This document shows, one piece after another, positions 24,201-32,225 of a DNA stretch of 42,615 bases. The first letter of the stretch is position 1, and each line of letters opens with the position of its first letter. Source of the stretch: Prorocentrum cordatum (Eukaryota). The notes beneath the pieces are model-generated. The model worked only from the letters and a program-made list of their open reading frames with translations. It ran no database searches and was not told where the DNA came from. The position numbers and the translations under genes were made by a program. The DNA is taken from assembly GCA_963575745.1 (NCBI GenBank), contig CAUYUJ010000281.1, forward strand, positions 620,001-662,615, in the 5' to 3' direction.

Positions 24201-24840
24201 TGACTTCCCGTACACGACGTTCTCGTTCGTGTCCTGAAGTCTCGGGTCCCTTGGGAAAGTCAAGGGTATCGAGATCGGGAAGGAAGGAAGGCTGACGTCC
24301 TGCATGTGCTTGGTATGGCGATACTCCGTTATAAAACGTAAAAGCATTAGTAACGAAGATGCCTTCCGCCAATACTCTAGTGAATACAACAGGGATGTTG
24401 TGTCTATTCAGTTCTTCCTCAATCATGTGGAAGACGCCTCTGAGGATGCCGCTCCGTGACTCAATTGAAGTCGCGTGTTGGCCAGGTGCTCGGATACGAA
24501 GTTCCGTGCCATTGTTGGCCATCATGGTTTTAGCGGCATCGTTATTCAGGGCACCTTCTCCGTCTGAGTATAAGACTTTGAAGGGTCCGTGATAGGCAAT
24601 CCAGCAGTAGTGGTAGGCATCAATGATAGTGTCACGTTCTCTGTCGGAAATTTCTAGGCCCGCTGTCAGGCGTATACAGCGATCCATAATATGAAATATG
24701 GTCCGCTTTTTGTAGAACATGAGGTCCATTTCACCTTCGTCAAGCCAGTTACCAGGAAGGCTCACCGAGGGTAGTGTTGAGTTTCCTGGACGTTCCCATG
24801 CTCTGCATTCCCGACAGGTATCGCAAACTTCCTTGATCAT
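21226..24840 (-). CDS. pol: Pol C-terminal part: integrase core, Copia-type reverse transcriptase, RNase H
   Basis: Integrase CDTCREC, DLMF, YSDGEG, IESRSG and an SH3-like WNGPFPVI; RT SRYVYKWK, RLRLVLRG, DIDKAFL, GTKDAPRAF, KHVDD; RNase H HSDSG, SSYAAEALA, IDAES, MTADGHTKG. Confidence 0.95.
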   Translation of the reverse strand: MIKEVCDTCRECRAWERPGNSTLPSVSLPGNWLDEGEMDLMFYKKRTIFHIMDRCIRLTAGLEISDRERDTIIDAYHYCWIAYHGPFKVLYSDGEGALNNDAAKTMMANNGTELRIRAPGQHATSIESRSGILRGVFHMIEEELNRHNIPVVFTRVLAEGIFVTNAFTFYNGVSPYQAHAGRQPSFLPDLDTLDFPKGPETSGHERERRVREVSLEAITQATAVAKTNRALRAKTTPDGARLYSAGDLVDYHRPTATKDDHGGWNGPFPVIRNVPERGHIVVKAGSREVIVMYPDARHTLYIECLLTRELGMDTMAMQTVLTYVAHLGAGKPAKDFGYTPDYKGNLNLSDNSKFHPRVHLALQYLVRNYFRVEHVVAVRLAKSVSILPAVKYATGSTLIHYDNDISPAFHYYECVGTGLNISQITGSTHSRLIQCLTSRVPSFGFHDDLAKYQHSSNTSGEHDSPGNRPPPDTPGASSPSEGRLSTIYEENEENNIEATMLEEWYDELRMDLHPTTTTDDYLYCVPTTMLPDQCVLVSASVDEEDTISPVTLGDEPEPRESCIVSLCSTTPDESYSLDSDEYGPYVELCFTSEMSKIVLDQTQLAQLDTDMVATMRVYVSSAAKRAVVVKEDDLLTKADIAAHPKEVSEALYTELKTWIDNRCCEMYGLSKASNIMTSRYVYKWKFVKMGTENVKTIRLRLVLRGLMVTEAFDVETFSGAARRQSQRLLASEAACHPEWILASMDIDKAFLKGLTCEELAHATGEETRMVCFTLPPGSAQVLRALPGFSSYDESRHCLICLKPGTGTKDAPRAFSLKLRTTTRAMGLTPTSYDPEFEFSQDLLTAKHVDDINMTGLEKNIDDYVQRVEKVFGKCKLNKHTYTNCAVRYTKNDQGDVIMDQDEYIKQLRPITHPELTGAAADAKATKLITDMFVSLRGALAYALLTQIWLMVYVVSLQKIQEPTNLQVRRLNAVTRKLISSPKRITFPRMKPTNEVDIHSDSGYRKLTGEEDDETKGYGIRGANALRRGNSPQGKSVVHLCGGLCKSHRLQVRSSYAAEALAAAHNLDECYPTLITLHELKAGALAPRQLRDMREVGGLAIKVSLTIDAESVYKSLSSKDLKIPTERTLLGHISWIRELMDIGIVHNVQWCDTRDMTADGHTKGSIDRELLLEVMSGTQSFKYDVKQFVPFRGPEDRDKPKSNQF

Positions 24841-24846
24841 GTTCAG

Positions 24847-27690
24847 TCAAACGTTATCAAGCCCCACTTTGTCGAGGATTAGCCTCATCTTTGGTTCCTT
24901 CGCATGATACCATCGCAGATGTAGTTTTCGGAGTTCCTTTTTCACGACGTGAAGTTCGTGACTACGGAGACTCTGTAGACTGTGTTGGATGTCGAATCTA
25001 GTCCAGTCGGGTAGTCGAGGAGCCCCAGAGCCGGTGGAGGCAAGAGGGTTCCTTGTAGCTCTTCGTAGTTGGTCCCCTGTGTTGACTGCATCTGGAGGTG
25101 GTGGTACGCCTTGTAGGCGGCCCCGACGGGCCGCTACCTGTGGCGTTTCGCTAGAGGACGCAGAAGGCGTGTTTCCACGCTCGGGGGCGTCTTGTAGCAT
25201 GTCGTAACTGCTGGCACCAGATGTCGGATCGACGTTACCGAAGGATCGTGGCCGTGGTGGCCTGGCGTGTGCGCCTTGGCGGCCACCTGAAGCTGAAGCT
25301 TGGCCCTCACCCGGTTTAGGTAAGGGTTTCCACCAAGCTGGCACGGTTTTGCCTTCGGGGTCGCGATCGTCTGGACGTTTAAATGGTTCAGCAAAACGAC
25401 ATTTACCAGGTTCGGTATCGAGGTGGTTCTTAACACCCTTGCTTCTCGTAAGATCCCTCTGGCATGCCGGACATGGCCAGTATACAGAGATAGAATCATG
25501 ATATTTACACTGTGTAGGGTCTCTGTTATGGCTAGGACTGTCCTTTCGGACGTTGTCGACGCATGCCGGGCAAGTGGCCACCTTTGGGATGATACGATCA
25601 CCGATGCGTCTCATACCTTCGCCTGGTTCAGCTTGATCGGGAAGGTCTGCAGGGTAAGCATGCGCGGTACTTATAGGCGCGTTTCCGCGCGTAGTGTCAA
25701 TGGCTTTCGCCAGATAGACGGCTTCCACGAAGGCAGACTGCAGTCGTCGAGTATATTTTTGTGCCAGTGAAAGCTCTTTATTGCACGGTTGTGCGCGCAC
25801 ATGCTGACCGTTGCACTTGAGTCGCTCAAAGGGTTTAAGAATTGTCTCGTCGTTGCTGGTGATGTCTGTCGGCTTCTTAATATAGTCACCAGCTGTGTCT
25901 TTGAGTCCCGTAGCACATTGGTCAATGCGTACGGTTGTAATGCGCGGTCGGTTGGCAAGTTTCTTCCATGGGGAAATATCATCCACCCATGTTCCTGTAG
26001 GTTGTTCGCGTATAAACCACCTCAGAGCGTCATCTTGGGTTACAGCAATTTTACCACAATAAGTTATGTGTGGTAAATCTTCTCTGCGGTGCTGTTCCCA
26101 AGTGTTGTAGTTGACTTTGTAGTTGTAGTAGGATGGTGGTCCTGCGGTGCGGCAACTGGGTTGTAGCATGGCAACTCGTACGTAGCATATAGCGAAGTAA
26201 TGATCTATAACCCGCTGCACCGAGGGGTCTCCCATATCGACATATGCAGTCTTGTCTCGGTTGCCTCCTGAGGAGAGTCCCCTTGAGAAGGCAAGCTCTG
26301 AGATACCACCCTCACCGCCACAAAGCTCCAACATGTCCACGCAGTTGTTATGTCCATAGCATAGTGTAGCAACTATGCTGTATATGTTAGCGCGTGTGTC
26401 GGGCATAGATGTGGGGAGGGTAAGGAACAGGTCATCGTCCTCATCGGAGCTTATCAGCTCAAGAGGGGCGTCAGTACTCCAGGTTGCCATAAGATCCTGT
26501 CCGAGTCCTGATAAATCGTCGCCGCAATCATCGTTTCCGTCTTCAACGTGCTTTTTTATGCGGCGAGGCTTGATGCCTGCTTCCTTTTCGGCTTTGAGCC
26601 TTTCCTTCTGCTTGATACGCGATTCTGTGGGTAGAACTTGCTCATCTTGTTCGCCGGTCTGCGTGCCCATTGTCGTGGTTGAGTGGGTACATGCGTCAAC
26701 CGCCAGAGTCGGGAGGGGGAGGCAACAGTCATCTATGATGACGCGTCGAGGTTTCTGTGGTGATTGAATAGGCTCGTTTCCGAGCAAGACCGGTTCTTCG
26801 GGTTGCCAATACAGCCGAGTGCTGATGTTGGCAACCCCTGCAGGTAGTGGTGCATGCCAATCATATCCTGTTGGTTGATCGGTAACTGAGATATCCTGAA
26901 TAACCGCATTGGTATCCAGGTTAATTGTTACACGTCGGATAACTTCAGACCATTTCGGTCCTCCCTTATTGGTCGTCACGTAGTGACGGATGTTGTGGTC
27001 TGTACGTGTATAGGTGTTTAAATATATAGGCACGTTTCCGTGCGTGGTGGTGCTCCCCAGGATGTTGTCGTTCAGATGACGGATGAGTGTAGTACGTGTC
27101 TGAGCTCGCCATTCAGCATGCCGTACTGCATGGCCGTACCAATCCAATACATGTTGTGGTATAGCCTGTTTGCATGTACATGCCCACGGCTTCGAGCTAA
27201 TCGGTATTGATGACGCTACCTGCATATAAGTACCACTCGGTGTACTGTCTTGCATATTGAACCGAATACCGAAATGACACAAACGCATCCGTATTACTGA
27301 CAACTTAAGATCTTCCAGGGTATCACGTACTGGAGACAACTTCCAAACATATCCTGGGGGACCAAATATTATGATTTTCATACGGAGTTTCTTGGCTTTT
27401 ATCAACAGGTTCTGGATACGTGACCAATGCGGGGCCACTCTCTTTCCTGGAGCTCGTACATACCAGTCACCCGGGGTACTAATCCATATGAGAGTATAAT
27501 CTCCACTGATCACCGCACCCAGGTAATCTGTGCCCACGCTTGTCATAAGCTCATTGTGGGAAATACGATCACAGATATAACCTCGGGTGCGGAGGTCGGC
27601 GCAAGCCTCTCTCGTATCCTCAATGACAAAAGCCCTCTTACTAAGGCAGGTTACCCCGCTGTCCTTGTTACCCCCCGGCTTTTCGGCCAA
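24847..27690 (-). CDS. Polyprotein segment: two C5-cytosine-methyltransferase-like domains, tandem C2HC fingers and the His-His half of the integrase zinc finger
   Basis: MLELCGGEGG (motif I-like), LQPSCR (IV-like), IREQP (VI-like), IDQCATGL...KKPT. An earlier degenerate copy has LIWISTP, IFGPPGYVW, LCHFG. CPAC..H..C occurs twice. LRKLHLRWYH is in frame with the downstream ORF across one TGA. Confidence 0.75.
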   Translation of the reverse strand: MAEKPGGNKDSGVTCLSKRAFVIEDTREACADLRTRGYICDRISHNELMTSVGTDYLGAVISGDYTLIWISTPGDWYVRAPGKRVAPHWSRIQNLLIKAKKLRMKIIIFGPPGYVWKLSPVRDTLEDLKLSVIRMRLCHFGIRFNMQDSTPSGTYMQVASSIPISSKPWACTCKQAIPQHVLDWYGHAVRHAEWRAQTRTTLIRHLNDNILGSTTTHGNVPIYLNTYTRTDHNIRHYVTTNKGGPKWSEVIRRVTINLDTNAVIQDISVTDQPTGYDWHAPLPAGVANISTRLYWQPEEPVLLGNEPIQSPQKPRRVIIDDCCLPLPTLAVDACTHSTTTMGTQTGEQDEQVLPTESRIKQKERLKAEKEAGIKPRRIKKHVEDGNDDCGDDLSGLGQDLMATWSTDAPLELISSDEDDDLFLTLPTSMPDTRANIYSIVATLCYGHNNCVDMLELCGGEGGISELAFSRGLSSGGNRDKTAYVDMGDPSVQRVIDHYFAICYVRVAMLQPSCRTAGPPSYYNYKVNYNTWEQHRREDLPHITYCGKIAVTQDDALRWFIREQPTGTWVDDISPWKKLANRPRITTVRIDQCATGLKDTAGDYIKKPTDITSNDETILKPFERLKCNGQHVRAQPCNKELSLAQKYTRRLQSAFVEAVYLAKAIDTTRGNAPISTAHAYPADLPDQAEPGEGMRRIGDRIIPKVATCPACVDNVRKDSPSHNRDPTQCKYHDSISVYWPCPACQRDLTRSKGVKNHLDTEPGKCRFAEPFKRPDDRDPEGKTVPAWWKPLPKPGEGQASASGGRQGAHARPPRPRSFGNVDPTSGASSYDMLQDAPERGNTPSASSSETPQVAARRGRLQGVPPPPDAVNTGDQLRRATRNPLASTGSGAPRLPDWTRFDIQHSLQSLRSHELHVVKKELRKLHLRWYHAKEPKMRLILDKVGLDNV

Positions 27691-30613
27691 CAGGCAAGAC
27701 GACGAGGGGGCGACGTCGCCCTGCCATCTTCAAGATAAAGAAGATGTGCCTGCAATGTCTGCCAGCATCTGGGCCCCTCAGATGCTGGAGCTCAGCACTG
27801 CAGCGCGCCGTGGCCTCAGAGGCGGATTGCTCCGCAAATGCTGTCAGCATGGGTGGATTATCCATCAGCTGTTTCAGCACGCCTTTGGACCTAGCGTCAC
27901 TGACCGTCTGCAGCTCACGGTTAGTGTATCCCATCACTATCTTCCGGCGGGACTGTACGGCGTCCACGGGTACACTTCCACCATGCTGGGCCAGTGTCCT
28001 GGCAACAAAGCAATCGAACGTCTCAAGATCGTCGATGCTGTCGCCTCGCATAGTGGCCTTGGCGAGCGTCTCCATCAACCCCTGAGGCAGGTTTCCCTGC
28101 AATTGCTCGCGCTCCTGCGCCGGGGCCGGCTCGCCCGTCAGCGCTGTCTGAAATGACGTGCTGCTTGAGCTCGAGGCGGGTTGCCCCGCAGCTCCAAAAC
28201 AATCACACCTGATCGACAGATGCCCTGACGGCAACTTCGTCGTTGGCATGATTTTGGAGCCCTCAGGGAGCTCCATTTTGACCTGCCCCTTACCAGGGAA
28301 TATCAGCTTCTCCTGGCCTCGTTCAAGCACGATGATCGTGCGTTTGTCCTGCATACTATCGAGGCCTAGGATGGCTGGCAGGTCCTTGCCACAGCCTGAC
28401 ACAATGTTCGTCTTGTATGAATCGAGTTGGGCCGACCCCTGGTACTCGCAGGCAATACTGAATGTGCCTACGGTATCCGCTGGGGCCGACCCTTCTCCCA
28501 CTCCGTTGATATTCAAACGAGAGCGGGGCTCGAACGTACAAGTACGGCCATGTGCCTCGGCAGCCTGGACGAACTTGCGGCTCGTGTTCTCGCCCATGAT
28601 GTTGATCTTCGAACCGACATCGATGAGGATGGAATTTCCACCATCATCCAAGAACGTCTTACTCGGCTGCTTGATGTGCACCGTTTCTGAAGTGTCGGCT
28701 GTGATGTTAGGCGGGTTTCCCCGCAGCCCAGTCGCACTCCCTGGCGGGCTGCCCCGCGTGACACTGGCATGCGACCTGCTTTCGGCCATGCGCGCCAGGT
28801 CGATGTACTGGAAGTACGACACTTGCTGGGCGTGGTCGCCACGTTCCTCCCGCCAGTTGGCATACTCATCACGTATGCTCTTATACTGTTCGCGGGTCGT
28901 GCGCCTCGTCAGCGTCAGGTACGAGTGAAGGGCAATGTCCTGCAGCCCCTCATTCGTGATGTGATCCCGGTATTGCAGCCACTCCTCGAACTCCTCGTTC
29001 GTCGCTGTGATGTTGGCGGCCCTGGCTGCCGTTGCTGCTGTTGCCACTGAGGAGTCTGATATGTCAAGCGACGGACTATCAGTCTCAGGATTGTCGGCAT
29101 CCAGCATAAATGTTGTGTGCGCATTATCCATCTGATTCTGGAAATGTCGAACACGCAACTCACGCAGCTGGTCAGGGTCCAGTGCCATCTCGGCCCCGCC
29201 TCCACTCTGGGGAGACATCTGAGGAGTATTAGGCAGGTTTCCCTGCTGAAGCGCCGTCATCGGGATAAGCTGATCAAAATATCCCGTCTCCATCGGCGGC
29301 CTTACCTCCTCTGGCAGGTTTCCCTGCTGTTGGGGCTGAGCTGTCGGCATGTCTAGCATCCTGGCCGTCATCTCCTCCACCATGCTCCTCAACTCCCGCA
29401 GCTCCCTCGCTGCTTGCTCAGGAGTCTGAATGAAGGAGCCGGTCCAAGGAAATGATGACGCTATAATGCCAGGTGCTCGGCAGATAGCACATGGTGGCTG
29501 CTGAGGATCTCCCTCACGCTGATTCGTGACATGGCCCACCACATTTGAATTCCAGCATCCCTCATGGAACAAGTGATTACACCTCAAACGGTAAACACTC
29601 TCTCTGGGCTGAAATTCTTCGAGGCATACCGCACAGGTATCTTCCATCCCAGTGAAAACCTCAATGTCTGCTGCCCTGGGATATACTCGCCGCTGTCTCT
29701 CCAATACCGTCTCGGAGGGCATGAAGGCTGCTGGGGGAGTCCCCGTTGGGTCCAGCACCTCCGGCACTCCGGCATTTGGCATGGAGGTGGTGGGAGTCAC
29801 ATCGGGCGAGTTCCCTCGCAAAGGTGAGCCCCTGTTTCTCACCACATCAAGTGCAGCTGCACGTGACTGATCCCGTACACTTTGCACAGCCTGCCTTCTC
29901 CTGAAGCATGCCTGCTGAGTGTGGTAAGTCTGCCTGATGTAGTCAGGCACGCCCCTACTGCCAGACGATATTGAACGGGCAGTGGGCTGGACAACCACCT
30001 CTGGTGATGTCGGTGAAGGCATGAAGGCCATGTGCGGGTACATGGATTGGTCACTGCAGCGCACATTAGTGAGGTTATGCATCTGATCCGCCAATTCGCG
30101 AACAAATTTGTTCGGAACCCTTGACCCATCAGGGTATAATGGCGGGTTCATCTGCGCTGGTGGTGGCCTCTGGCCCTGAGACATGCTCGGATGGGCATTG
30201 AACGCCGGGATGAAGGCTCGTTGCCGAGCAGGATCCCTTGGGTTGGGACCCTCAGGTTCCCAGGACCAGGCCGGCCTCCACCTCTGCCCGCTTGGGTGAG
30301 GCAGATTATGGCTCTGCACCTGCTGCACCGCGGCCGCCACTCTTGCACGGTAGTCGTCAGGCACACTAGCCCGATGGTGGCTTGGTGTGCCAGGCAGGTT
30401 TCCCTGCTGACTCGTTGGCGTGCCGGGCGGCATCATGTTCAGGAGAGCTGAGCTGTGCTCAGCCCTAGCCGCAGCTATCCTCTCCATGAGAGTGCCGTTT
30501 GTGGCAGGGCGGACAGGAGTCCCGAACGGAGACTGTGCAGGTGGCGTGGCCATTGGAGTCATGCCCCTTCGGAGTGCGCATGCTCTGTGAGGGGCTTCCC
30601 TGCATTTGTTCAA
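27668..30613 (-). CDS. Polyprotein segment: RING-H2 finger and retropepsin-like aspartic protease
   Basis: C-x2-C-x14-C-x-H-x2-H-x2-C-x21-C-x2-C (CAVCLEEF...CNHLFHEGCW...CAIC, ~29478-29637); ILIDVGSKINIMG, flap-like INGVGEG and AILGLD (~28350-28635). Confidence 0.85.
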   Translation of the reverse strand: MNKCREAPHRACALRRGMTPMATPPAQSPFGTPVRPATNGTLMERIAAARAEHSSALLNMMPPGTPTSQQGNLPGTPSHHRASVPDDYRARVAAAVQQVQSHNLPHPSGQRWRPAWSWEPEGPNPRDPARQRAFIPAFNAHPSMSQGQRPPPAQMNPPLYPDGSRVPNKFVRELADQMHNLTNVRCSDQSMYPHMAFMPSPTSPEVVVQPTARSISSGSRGVPDYIRQTYHTQQACFRRRQAVQSVRDQSRAAALDVVRNRGSPLRGNSPDVTPTTSMPNAGVPEVLDPTGTPPAAFMPSETVLERQRRVYPRAADIEVFTGMEDTCAVCLEEFQPRESVYRLRCNHLFHEGCWNSNVVGHVTNQREGDPQQPPCAICRAPGIIASSFPWTGSFIQTPEQAARELRELRSMVEEMTARMLDMPTAQPQQQGNLPEEVRPPMETGYFDQLIPMTALQQGNLPNTPQMSPQSGGGAEMALDPDQLRELRVRHFQNQMDNAHTTFMLDADNPETDSPSLDISDSSVATAATAARAANITATNEEFEEWLQYRDHITNEGLQDIALHSYLTLTRRTTREQYKSIRDEYANWREERGDHAQQVSYFQYIDLARMAESRSHASVTRGSPPGSATGLRGNPPNITADTSETVHIKQPSKTFLDDGGNSILIDVGSKINIMGENTSRKFVQAAEAHGRTCTFEPRSRLNINGVGEGSAPADTVGTFSIACEYQGSAQLDSYKTNIVSGCGKDLPAILGLDSMQDKRTIIVLERGQEKLIFPGKGQVKMELPEGSKIMPTTKLPSGHLSIRCDCFGAAGQPASSSSSTSFQTALTGEPAPAQEREQLQGNLPQGLMETLAKATMRGDSIDDLETFDCFVARTLAQHGGSVPVDAVQSRRKIVMGYTNRELQTVSDARSKGVLKQLMDNPPMLTAFAEQSASEATARCSAELQHLRGPDAGRHCRHIFFILKMAGRRRPLVVLPVGRKAGG

Positions 30614-32225
30614 ACCGAGCAGGTCCGTTTATAGGCAGGTTTCCCTGCACGGCCCGACGATTTCGCAGTGCCATGGCGGACATTGCTCCCTGGCCTGCGG
30701 CCCAGGGGTCCTGCTGATATAACCTGTTCGCCAGTTGCTCTACCTGGTCAGGGTTCAGCGCGGCTGCTATCTGATCCAGGTCCGAGGTGCTGATGGCCTG
30801 CCAAGACACGGCACTGGGCCCTTGGCTTGGGGCACGGCTTGGAGCCGCGCTCCCGGCCTCACTCTCGGTGATCATGAAGATCCGGTGGATCTCAGGCTGG
30901 TTTCCCAGCTTGGTGGGGCTATAATGGTCCCCAACTTCCCTGTGGGGGTAGACCATGGGAGGGTCGGTGCCCTCTTGGTCTCGGGACCACTGGTATTTAA
31001 CGCTAGCACTGCCAACGTTAGCCCACCTGTCAGGAGCAGACATTATGGCGACGGGGACTCGCGCCCGGCGATTCCCCAGATACTCTGGATCACGCCAGTG
31101 CTTTCCCGTGGCAAGGTCCTCTACATGAGAGATGTAGTACGGTTCAATAATACCGTTGTTTCCCTCAGACAAGAGGACTCCGTTATCGGACCAACAGAAC
31201 TTCATTCCATCTTGTATGGCCTTGTGCCAATCCACGAAGATGATGATGTCGGAGTCTGGGTCCCACCCACTGTTCACGGCACGGCGGCGGACCGCCGGCG
31301 CGAAGTGGATGTGCGACCGACCTGTCCCCTGTTTCTTCGTATTGTGTTCAGGTCTACAGGACAGGCCGTGCCACATAATGCCTTCGAAGGCATGCCACCG
31401 AGTGCCATGCTTGGCGACTTCGGGGTATGGGGCCGGTCTCCCGGCAGGTTGGTCGCACAGTACAATGTAGTTGTACAGCGACCATGGCGCTCTCAATGTC
31501 CATGAATGCCCCTGAGAGGCGCGGGTGAAGATAGCGGGCTCACCGGAGTCCCGCACCAACACCTTGAACTGAAGGCGCTGTTTTTCTTCTCCGTCTGGTT
31601 CACGGACATGAACAACTTCCATCATGATGGCTGCCAATTGGTCAACCGAGCGAGCAACTAGCTGCTCATTGATGACTTTGGCCTCGTCATATCTTGGATT
31701 ATACCCATCGTGTCTCGATTTTCCTGTGTTCCACGGATATTCATTCACGAGCTCTACGAGGTTAAGCCAACCATCATGATCATCGAAGGAGTCCAAGCCC
31801 CACACGGGATTGTGAGGTTTGTCTGGCGCATGTCTGCATATCCTGCTGAGAGCTTTACTCAGCTGTTTGAGAGTGTGATTGGATGTAGGAAGGATTTTGT
31901 CTTGCCTGCACTTCCTCATGAATGCCTCGTCCACCGAACGTATCGGTGGGAGCTTCCGCAGGGCAAGTCTATCCCTGATCACACTCGGACTCCCACTAGT
32001 GAAGGACGTGTCGCCTGGGTGGTGCAGCTGAACCACGGGCGGGTTTCCCCGCATCGGAACCTCTGTTGCTGACGAGGCTGCGGCTCCTGAAGAGGAGGAA
32101 GCTGCAGCAGCAGCGCCTGGCGGGTTTCCCCGCGGTGATACGCGACTGGCGCTACCCCTAATCGTCGGCACCCAGGTACCCCTAGACATAGCACCTTCAT
32201 CGGACCTCTTGGAACGGGCCGCCAC
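30465..32225 (-). CDS. tpt1: Polyprotein segment containing a Tpt1/KptA NAD-dependent RNA 2'-phosphotransferase domain (~31130-31865)
   Basis: LSKALSRICRH, KQRLQF, RASQGHS, KHGT, IMWHGLS, RSHIHFA, IIFVDWHKAIQDGMKF, SDNGVLLSEGNNGIIEPYY: the Tpt1 motif series in the expected order. Confidence 0.88.
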   Translation of the reverse strand: MAARSKRSDEGAMSRGTWVPTIRGSASRVSPRGNPPGAAAAASSSSGAAASSATEVPMRGNPPVVQLHHPGDTSFTSGSPSVIRDRLALRKLPPIRSVDEAFMRKCRQDKILPTSNHTLKQLSKALSRICRHAPDKPHNPVWGLDSFDDHDGWLNLVELVNEYPWNTGKSRHDGYNPRYDEAKVINEQLVARSVDQLAAIMMEVVHVREPDGEEKQRLQFKVLVRDSGEPAIFTRASQGHSWTLRAPWSLYNYIVLCDQPAGRPAPYPEVAKHGTRWHAFEGIMWHGLSCRPEHNTKKQGTGRSHIHFAPAVRRRAVNSGWDPDSDIIIFVDWHKAIQDGMKFCWSDNGVLLSEGNNGIIEPYYISHVEDLATGKHWRDPEYLGNRRARVPVAIMSAPDRWANVGSASVKYQWSRDQEGTDPPMVYPHREVGDHYSPTKLGNQPEIHRIFMITESEAGSAAPSRAPSQGPSAVSWQAISTSDLDQIAAALNPDQVEQLANRLYQQDPWAAGQGAMSAMALRNRRAVQGNLPINGPARFEQMQGSPSQSMRTPKGHDSNGHATCTVSVRDSCPPCHKRHSHGEDSCG

